Shown in pieces: positions 51,786-61,719 of a DNA stretch of 64,000 nt (positions within the stretch are counted from its first letter, which is position 1; each line of letters opens with the position of its first letter). Location: assembly GCF_028641065.1 (NCBI RefSeq), contig NW_026576883.1, positions 248,001-312,000 of the forward strand, in the 5' to 3' direction. The notes below the pieces were generated by a model, which was not told the origin of the DNA, searched no databases, and saw nothing but the letters and a program-made list of their open reading frames with translations. Source of the stretch: Leucoraja erinacea. Its lineage: Eukaryota. The position numbers were made by a program, and so were the translations under genes.

Positions 51786-53152
51786 AAATGTATCATATTT
51801 GTTTCAGTCTATAATAACTGAACATTTCATTCAGTTCTCTTATTTTTTTAAGAATGTTATGGGCTTTTATGTCAATTGGCTGTCCTTGATCACAGCTTTT
51901 GTATTAAGTTTATGGAAAAGCAAGAGGGAACAAGATGCTAATTTCTGAGTATGAAAATGATCATAACTTTTTTAATACTGAAGATATGAAAGTGAATTAG
52001 GCATCAAATTAAAGTTATTATGTGCTTTATCTGATGGGATAAATTACAGGCTTGATTTTTTAAATCTCAAAATCGTGTAACATTCCTACAGAGTGGAGCT
52101 TACTTTACTTTAGAGATACAGCATGGAAACAGGCCCTTTGGCCCACCGAGTCCACACCGATCATCGATCACCAATTTAAGCTTGTACTCTGATATACCGC
52201 TTTGCCGTGCACTCCCAACACACTTGGGGAAATTTACAGAGGGGCAATTAACCTACACACCCGAAAGTCTTTGTGATGTGGGAGGAAATCGGAGCACCAG
52301 GAGGAAACCCACGCAGTCACAAGGAGAACGAGCAAACTCTGAACAGACAGCACCCGAGGATAGGATCAAACCCAGGTCTCTGGCACTGCAAGGCAGCGGT
52401 TCAACCCGACTGCTCCACAGTAGCTCAGAAATATTAACCCTTCCCGTTCCAGATACTCTATACTGCCTACTTGCTGAATGCCAACAACATTTTCTGTTTT
52501 AGCTGGTAGTTTATGGTCAGATATACATTCCAATCTCTCATTCAACTGGAAAAACTAAAAAATACACAGATGCTGAAAATCTGAAATAAAGACATACCAT
52601 TCAAGAAATGCTCAGCAGGTCGGTTAGCTTCTGTTGAGAGAGAAGCAGAGTTAATAACTCAGGTTCAACACCATTCATCATCAGTATTAGATCTGAAATG
52701 GAAGGTCTGTTTCACCTTGCAGATGCTGTCTGACCAGCTGAGCATTTGGGGCAATTTCTTCTTTTATCCCACATTTTAAAGCCTCGACATTTTAGCCATG
52801 CATTAGGTTTGGGCCGCAGGTGTGGTAACAGGTCACAAAAGTCACTTATTAAATCAGATTCCCGCTGTTTCTGCAATTGTCAAAGTTAATTCTCAAAGTT
52901 ACAGCTGGTCTTTGGTGACGCGGTTAACACGTTGAAATGAACGGATCGACAGACAGTTCTGATTTCAGTTGGTTTATTTCAATCTTCCCACATTTACATT
53001 CTTCTTGGTTTTATTTCCACGCTCACTGGGATTTTACGACGCGGAATTTGGGGATTAAATGGGAGCCGTTCAGTGCCGACCTGTTGTCCACCGGGTTTCT
53101 GCCCCACAGCACTGTGCCCCGCTCCTGACGCCGGTCCTGGGACCCGACCATT

Positions 53153-56100
53153 TTACACACCCAGAGCGGAACCGGAGCAGATTCTCAGCCAATTTCCGTC
53201 CCAAGTCCCAAAGAACGGATAAAGTTTCTCCGTGAATTTATTCCCAGTGAAGGTGTGGACATGGGACTTGGTGTCCGCGTCGTAAAATGAAACTGTCCCG
53301 GACTCGTAACTGAGATAAACTCCCACCCTCCCGGGGATGGGACGGGCGGGGAGACGGGATGTTGGGGAGGTGAGTGCATCAAACTCGCCTTGCCGCCGCC
53401 AGATCCTCCAGACACCAGTCTCGGGGGTCAGTGTGACCCCTCTCTTCCTCTCCACAGACTCTGCGGCGACTCCCAAACTCCAGCCCCGACTCCCCGCCAC
53501 CTCCACCTCCCAGTAATGTCTCCCCGATGTGAATCCCTCCGATCCCAGCACACACACCGCGACTGTAAACCTCTTCCCGGTGTCAGGGAGACTCCTCCGG
53601 GTCTCGGCCCATCTCACCTTCTTCCGATCCTCAGACACCTCGAGCCGCGGATGCGCTGATTCCATATCCATGGTGACGGAGACTGGGGATGAGAAGAAGA
53701 GAATCAGAGAGTCCCCGGGGGTCGGGGGGGAGACTCGGGCAGCGCAGCCCCGGGACCGGGGGAGAAGCCGCTCAGCATCATGGGGGAGGGTGGACAGGAA
53801 GGACAAGTGTGGAGAGTGAGGAGAATTGCAAGATTGCGGTGGGGATGGAGAAATGAAGCGGGCTAAATAGATATGGAGGCAGAACGGAGCAAGAGGATAT
53901 TGAGGTGAGTGGTAATTTGCGGTTGTTAAAGAGGAGGTAGAGGTGTGGGGTGGAGCCGCCATGATCATAGTGAAGGGGCCAGATGACCTGCCCCTGTTTC
54001 TTTGAGAGGAGGGTGAGAGAGAGGGAGGGGTGGCTTGGACCATGGAAGGAAGCAGAGGTTGAATGATCGGGCGTTAGACAGAATGGGTGGAGACTTGTGG
54101 TTGTATGGTCGCCGAAAGAGAGGGGATTCACGGGTGGATTTGATGGGTATCTACAACCAAAAACACACTGATCTCATTGTGAACCAATGTATGATCTTCA
54201 CTGAGGAACTTGACAATGTTGCGCATGTAAGGCTGGTCCAGAAAGGCAGGTGGGATCCAAGGCGAGCTGGTGAAATGGATCCCAAATTGGTTTGGTAGTT
54301 GGAGGTAGAAGGTAGCGGTAGAAAGATGATTTTTCTGCTTGGAGGTCTGTGACTGGTGGAGTGCAGCAGAGATCGGTGCTGCAACCTTTGCTGTTTATGT
54401 TATATGTTCATGGCTTGGATGTGAAAGTAGGAGGTGTGATTAGTAAATTTGTGCAGGATGGAAAAATTGTGGATAGCAGGGATGGCTGTCAAAGTCTGCT
54501 GCAGGATATCGGGAAACTTACAAAATTCTTAAGGGGTTGGACAGGCTAGATGAAGGAAGATTGTTCCCGATGTTGGGGAAGTCCAGGACAAGGGGTCACA
54601 GCTTAAGGATAATGGGGAAATCCTTTAAAACCGAGATGAGGAGAACTTTTTTCACACAGAGAGTGGTGAATCTCTGGAACTCTCTGCCACAGAGGTAGTT
54701 GAGGCCAGTTCATTGGCTATATTTAAGAGGGAGTTAGATGTGGCCCTTGTGGCCAAGGGGATCAGAGGGTATGGAGAGAAGGCAGGTACGGGATACTGAG
54801 TTGGATGATCAGCCATGATCATATTAAATGGCGGTGCAGGCTCGAAGGGCCGAATGGCCTACTCCTGCACCTTATTCTATGTTCTATGTTCTATGTAGAT
54901 TATCAAAATCGTATACGCATGCAGGGATATCAGATCAAGAGAGTGCAGGTTTATCTTTAGAGCAAGGAATTTTAAAGTGGTTCTGAGTTGTAAGTTTTCT
55001 TTACATTGAGAGTGGGTGATATCTGGAACATGCTACAGAGAGATGGTGGAGTGAGATATAATCACTATATTTGAGACACTTAAATAGGTGAGGTGCAGAA
55101 TAGCAATGTAAATGGGCAAATCGATTAGTATAGCTGGGAAATAGGTGGACATGGACGTGATGGGCCGAAGGGCCTGATTCTGTAATGTACAACCATGGTT
55201 CTCAGCACCAAGAGCACTGAAAAACTGAGTCTCCACAGCCACCGGTGCAGGGAATTCCAAAGGTTCCCCAGTCTCTGCGTGCAGTAATGTCTCCTTATCC
55301 CTGTCCTACAAGGTGCAGCCCACATTCTGAGAAGGTGCCCGTTCTCCAGACCCCACAGACTGTGGAAACATCCTCCCTGCATCCAGCCCACTGAGCCCTG
55401 TAAGAACTTTGTTTCACTGAGATCTCCTCCAATACACCCGAACTCTCGAGTACCCAGACCTAGTCTACTCAATCTCACCCCGCACAACAAAATCATTGTC
55501 CCAGGAACAAGTATTGTTATTCTTTGCTTCAATTCCTCTGTGTCAAGTCTGTCAATTTATCGGTACACAGAAGCATAGGAACACAAGAAAACAGGAGCAG
55601 GTTTAGGATCCGCTCCTCAGGCTTGCCTCTCCATTCAATGTGATCATGGCTGATATAAACTGGCACCAATTCCTCTTTTGTGTGAGTTCCCCATAATCTA
55701 AAATATTCGATCAATCAAATATTTATTTGTAGCCAAGTTGCACATATCCAATAACTCAGCGTTTCACCACCACCTTGGGCACAACATTCCAGATATTCAC
55801 TGCCCTCTGAGAGATGCAACTTCCACACATCGCATGAGAGGCCGCTCTGGAAGGTTGGATCTCATGGAATCCGGGGTGAACTAGCCGATGGAATACAACA
55901 TTTACCTGAAGGTCGCAGACAGAGGATGTTGGTAGAGGGTTGTTTTTCAGACTGGAGACAGAGTCCACTGTTGTTCCTTATTTATATACACGATTGGGTG
56001 TGTATGTAGGTTGCACGGTTAGTCAGTTTGCAGATGAAACTAAAATTGGTGACATTGTGGAGAGTGAAGAAGGTTATCTGAGAGTAAATAGGATCCCTGT

Positions 56101-59100
56101 GAACTGGGCCAATGGGCTCAGGAACGGCAGGTGGGATTTATTCATGTGAAGGTGAGGTGATGCACTTTGCTGAGACAAACCAGGGCAGGACATACACAGT
56201 AAACGGGGAACTTTATAGAACTGAGAGATCTCGGGCTGCAGGTACACAGTGCCATGGAAGATGCAGCAGGGACAGGCAGGGTGGTGAAGAATGTGTTTGT
56301 TGCTCATATTTTCAAAGGTCAGAATAAGAAATATAGTTTGACACAATAAGTTTGTAAGCAAATTGGAGAGGGAGCAAAAGGATTTAAAATAATTTCATCA
56401 GGTCTGAAGGGCTGGGTTATAAGGAGACGTTGGACAGGCAGGGTCATTCGTCTTTGGAGTCCATCAGCTTTTACAGATGTATATAAGATTTATATAATGT
56501 GCACAGATAAGGTGAGTAGCCGGAGTATTTTACCCAAGGCAGGTGAGTCTAAACATCTGATTCTGTGATGCTTCCCGGCTGATGAGTTTAGTGGTTTAGC
56601 TCCGACCGCTGGCATGCTTGGGGCCTATATCAGCGAGCAGCCGCGGTCTCCAGTAAGAAAGTGTCCGATTCGGGTGCTCCAAGCCGCGGAGTGTGTTCCA
56701 TCCGTCCTGACGTCAGAGCTTCGATCATCCCGACGAGAAGGCTTGTACATCGGGCCGTCCCTGGCGGCGACTGCGGAGGGTCAAGGCCCCAAACAGGGAA
56801 GAACAAAAGGAGGAAGACTGACTGAACTTTATTGCCTTCCACACTGGTGGATGTTTACGTTAAGTTCTATCGTTCGTTTTAATTGTGTTGTGTTCTTTTA
56901 ATTGTACGGCTGCATGGTAACTCAAATATCACTGTGCCTTAATTGGTGCACGTGACAATAAATGTGAATCTGAGACACAAGAATAATGGATTTACCTCGC
57001 TTGAAGTCATCAGATACTTCTTTGAATGTCGTGTTGAACAAAACAGGGCAATTAAACTTTTCAATCTGCAAGGCTTCATCTACCACCGACAGTGGTTTGG
57101 CATCATCACAAACCCTGGAAACACAGTATTTTAACATCTGGTCATAAACTGAGCATTAGAAATGTTTTGAGTTGTTCCACAAAAACGTACCATGTTTCGG
57201 TCAAGACAATGTCTTACCTTCGCTTACAACCAGCTTCCTCCTGAAAGAAATAAAACACAAATCTCAATTGATTGAGATGGACAGTCCTCATCCCGACAGC
57301 GGGAATTTCACCAAATTTCTACAACCCTCTGATAATTCCCATTTCCCAACTCTTATCGCCACTGACATGCAGACAGAAAGTGGATATTGCCGCAAAGATG
57401 TAGAACGATGGGGGAAAGCACAAGGAATGTTCATGAGAATGACGCCATAACTGAGAGGATGGAACTTAATGAAAAGACTGGACAGGTCATGGGATTTCAT
57501 CTGGAGAAGATGTCAGGAATGATGGGAGGGAATTTAATATTATCGGTGGATTTAAATGTGTGGGGATGAAATAATATCTCAAATCGAAGGGGAGACCAAT
57601 AATCAAAGTTGAAATGTAACGTGGTCTTCAATATATACCGAAAGAAATAGTCATGAGAACATGGACCTCACTTGCATTGGAGGGACTGAAGCCAACAGCA
57701 GAGATAAATTTAAGTGCAAGCGGGATAAACACATTAGGGCTCCTGGAATTGGGGTATTGTTACCGGGTGTGGAGATTAGATGGGAGGGATGAACCAAATG
57801 GCCTGTCTATGATGTAGAATGGGATTCATTCAATGGTGAAACAAGATGGACAAAACAAAAAGAGCAAATTCCCCCAAGGTGACCACCCACTGCTGATGGG
57901 AACCAGATATAGATGATCAATCTGATGTGCACGCCACTTCTAGATTACATTGTTAAACCTCTCAGAGTCTCTTGGTTGGAGAATCCCAGATATTTACTGC
58001 CCTCTGTCCATTCATGGTCCTTGGGATCAGATATAGGATCACCCGTCGTTGTTCAAAACATTACAGAATACAAACACCTCTCTACATTCCGGCCAGGCAT
58101 TCCAGAGATGCCATGGATTATATGGGAGGCCAATCAGTTTGCTGGAAAAGAGGGAACATTTACCTAATTCTCAATTACTGGTAAATGCAGCATTTATTTC
58201 GGAAATGTCACCCACCATTTTGTGACTGCACTTTCACTTTGACAAACTGTAGTGTAACCCCTCACCTTCAGAAACACCGCACTGTCTTTTTGACCCATGT
58301 GTTGCTGCAACTTAAAGAGGTCCTCCTGAATAGATTTTAAATTCTCTTGAATCTCTCCAAGATTTTTCCCCATTGAATTTAGAATCTTCTTCTCTTCCTC
58401 TCGGATATCTGCCAGTACGCGCTGTTCTTTCTCAGTGAGAATCTGGTGCAGTTGAGCAAACTGGGATGTGATCTTGGACTGAAGGTTGTGTGACTGTTCC
58501 TGTGAAATGAAAGGTGAAGATCACTACATAATGTCACTGATTGTGTTTCCTCACGACTTTGACCGTGACATTTGTCCTGTGCATTTTTCATTTGGCAATT
58601 CAATTCCAAATGTTTCTGAAATATCATGACGGTAATCTTATAACCCATCAATCCTCTACCCCCAATGCAATTCCCTGCTACCTATTCCTTTTCATGTGCC
58701 CTTTAATTCCAATTCATCCGCCCACTTTCCGAGGGGTAATTTACAGTCGCCGATTGACCATTGAACCAGCATGAATGAAAATGACTAAAATTGCTGGAGT
58801 AACTCAGTGGGTGAGACAGCATCTATGGAAAGGAGAAGTAGGCGACCCTTCAGGTCAAGACCCATTGCTCCATGGATGCTGCCTCACCAGTTGAGTTTCT
58901 CCAGCATTTTCTGTCTGCTTTCGATTTTACCAATATCTGCAGTTCCTTCTTAAACATTGAAGCAGCGTGTATTGGGGTCGCGGAAGGAATCCGATGCGGT
59001 CACAGGGAGAAGGCATGAAGGTTATACTATCGTTACACGCACCACAGGGATCAAATCTACAAAAGATCAGGAAATCGAAACTGGAAAGTCTCACCAGTAC

Positions 59101-59691
59101 TCCAGAAATATTCTGTTTCTGTTGCTGCTCCATTTGCTGGATGTCTGATTCCTTTGTTGTGAGAGATTCGAAGGAAGATTTCACCTGATCCTGGGATTGT
59201 GTTTGAAAATCAGAGAATAAAAGTGTTAGACAATTAAAATGTAATTAAACAATTATGCGATCAACATCGATTTGCTTTACCTTGTAGAATTCTGCAGCTT
59301 CTGCTATCAGCGTGAAGTTGTGAGCTTTGTGTTCCTGCCCGGCTGCACAAATCACACAGATCAGCTTCTTGTCAGTTTCACAAAACAGCTTCAGTTCTTC
59401 CTGATGTTCCTCGCACTGAAGTTTTCTTGCCTTCTCTGTCCGAATGAGGCTCAGTGTTCGAGCTTTCTCAGACAGTCTCGCCAAGGCCCGATTCACCCTG
59501 AGGGTGCGGTCTGTAAATTCCTCTCTACATTCCGGGCAGGAGTTTCTCCCCTCCCTGTCCCAACTCTGTGTGATGCATGAGCGGCAGAAGTTGTGCCCAC
59601 AATCCAGTGACACCGGATCGGTGAAGAAATCCAGGCAGATGGGACAAATTATCTCCGCGGTCCAACTCTCGACCTGGTCGTTCGAAGCCAT
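53153..59691 (-). CDS. TRIM gene F, RING/B-box2/coiled-coil/PRY-SPRY, 470 aa, intact
   Basis: Exons 59691-59281, 59190-59095, 58499-58266, 57240-57218, 57114-56996, 53682-53153 total 1413 nt, open, GT-AG. Confidence 0.92.
54514..54896 (+). mobile_element. CR1 3' fragment in gene F intron 5
   Basis: Matches other CR1 3' ends; ttctatg tail; the homologous site in gene E (~31776) is empty. Confidence 0.85.
56598..56972 (+). mobile_element. LINE 3' UTR fragment (Rex1/L2-like)
   Basis: Ends gtgacaataaatgtgaatctga; absent from paralogous introns. Confidence 0.45.
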
Positions 59692-59967
59692 TTTAACTCC
59701 TCCTCTTCCTGGTTCAAAAGAGGATTCCCTTTCCCTAAACTGCTGACCCCCTCCTGCAGTACAGCGCAAGATCCTATAGCAGAGGATCTTTGGTACCGCG
59801 TGTGTTCACTGCTCACGCTGCCGTCTCGGGGAATGAATGTAATTCGGCTGCAAGTGTTCAGTGTGAAGATGCAGAAACGTGGAACTGCAGATGCTGCTTC
59901 ACAACAAAAAGGCACAAAGTGCTGGATTAACTCAGCGGGTCAAGTAGCACCTCTGAAGAACGTGGAC

Positions 59968-60003
59968 AGGTGATGTTTCAGGTCTGGACCCTTCTTCAGA
60001 CTG
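59968..60003 (-). ncRNA. Minimal hammerhead-ribozyme-like motif within a Penelope-associated repeat (also 2733-2766, 13966-14000; degenerate 17605-17638, 39272-39306, 49638-49670)
   Basis: Minus strand reads cagt-CTGAAGA-a-gggt ccag acct-GAAA-c-ATC-acc, i.e. CUGANGA / stem II / GAAA / NUH. Confidence 0.5.
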
Positions 60004-60169
60004 ATTGTAGGGGCGGTGGGTGGGAGATGGAAGAACGATGGAGGAAGGTTGGCAGGACAAAGCCTGGCTGGTAATAGGTTGACACAGTTGAGGGGGAGCG
60101 GGAGGAGTTGAAAGGCAGACGGTTTAGTTGTACAAAGAGCAGAGATGAAACACAGAACGTGTGTGACTG

Positions 60170-60410
60170 GAATAGCATCCTTCTCCTCATCAGAACTGCC
60201 CCCTCCTTTAAGTCACGCCTCAAAACCTATTTCTACTCCCTCGCGTTTTTGAGCTCCTCTGTGTGGGCGCTGTAAACAGATTTATGCATGTATTGTTAGG
60301 CCACTGTATGTATCAAATTAGTACCTGCACTGATGTGTAGCACTTTGGTCAACGTGAGTTGTTTTTAAATGTGCTATACAAATACATTTATTATTATTAT
60401 TATTATTATT
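60170..60410 (+). mobile_element. L2-like LINE 3' end with (TTA)n tail
   Basis: tttaagtcacgcctcaaaacctat (FKSRLKTY), gcactttgg..gtgctata, then (att)n; the sites at ~2925 and ~14160 are empty. Confidence 0.7.
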
Positions 60411-60944
60411 AAAAATGATCGAGGACTTGCAAATTGTGTCCTGATCTTCAAACACTCTTCTCCTCAGACGGCCAAAGGTTGTGCAGGTGCACTGAAGCCG
60501 CTGGTGAATTTCACCATCAATGTCTGCCTTCCTCTGGGAAGAGGAGCGCCGGCCACAGGACCCGAGGGTCACCATCGTTACGACCGTTTTAAAGGAAGGA
60601 GACAAATCCACCCGCGGAAACTATGGAGGGTTCTTCTCCCGCTCTCGACCGCAGGGAGGGGTCAGTTACACATTAAACTGTCCTGAATATAGATGAAAGC
60701 GGAGAGTAGCGCTTGGGACAATATAAGGCAGGATAAAGAGCTGGGAAAAACTGCAGAGTAGATTCACGAAGATGGTGCCAGGATTTGAGGGCCAGAGCGA
60801 AAGGGAGAGGTTGGGCAGGGAAGGATTTATTAATTGTAGCGCCGGAGGCTGAAGTGCATGGACACTAATCACCCTCCACCCCCCCTTGATATTATATTAC
60901 TATTATTCATTGGCTCCTTTTACCCCATCCCCACCCTATCTCGA

Positions 60945-61590
60945 GGGGCAAAGAGAGGGGGGCTAGAATGAGAAAGTCAGAGAGGGGGGGAGGGAGATTG
61001 GGGGAGAGAGGCGGGAGGCAGATGAGGGGAGAGAGTGGGGGTGGAGGGAGGGGGAGATGGGATGGAGAAGGACAGGGAGGAAGAGGTGAGAGGGGGATGG
61101 GGGAGAGGGGGGGGGAGGGGGAAGGGGAGGTGAGGTGAGGGGGAAGGAGAGCAGGGAGGGGGAGGGGCGGATAGAGGAGGGAGGATGAGGGGACAGTGGG
61201 GGTGGAGGGAGGGAGGGGATGGATGGGGGGGAGATGGGAGGGACAGGGGGAGGAGGAAAGAAGAGGGATGGGAGAGAGAGGGAAAGGGGGTGATGGGGAG
61301 AGGGGGAGGGGGAAGGAGGGAGAGGAGGGGGGAGGGGGGAAGGGAAGGTGAGGGGGGAGGATGGCGAGGGGGAGGAGAACAGGGAGGGGGAGGGGGCGGG
61401 GAGGGACGAGAGGGAATGGGGAGAGAGTGGAAAGGGGGAGATGGGGAGGGAAGGGAATGGGAAGGAGAGGGGGAAGGAGAGGGGGAGAGAGCAGGGAGGG
61501 GGAGGGGCGGATAGAGGAGGGAGGATGAGGGGACAGTGCGGGTTGGAGGGAGGGAAGGAGGGAGAGAGGGGAAGAGATGGGGGAGAGAGA
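60945..61590 (+). repeat. Polypurine (G/A) low-complexity tract (also 62760-62830 and 63878-64000)
   Basis: Almost all G/A with many G runs; internal repeat gagcagggaggggg..gcggatagaggag at ~61150 and ~61490. Confidence 0.9.
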
Positions 61591-61719
61591 CACGAAACCT
61601 CACCTTCCTTTCTCCAGAGATGCTGCCTGACCCGCTGTTTTTTTTAAATCTATCTTCGGTATAAACCAGTATCTGCAGCGCCAAGCCGGGCAAAATGACT
61701 CGGCATTTAGGATTTGAAA

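Noticed and set aside
53683-54043. N-terminal extension of the 296-aa SPRY ORF (and upstream extensions of the RING ORFs)
   Set aside because: It is intron or 5' flank read-through; the conserved acceptor at 53683-53684 and the conserved ATG context define the real exons.
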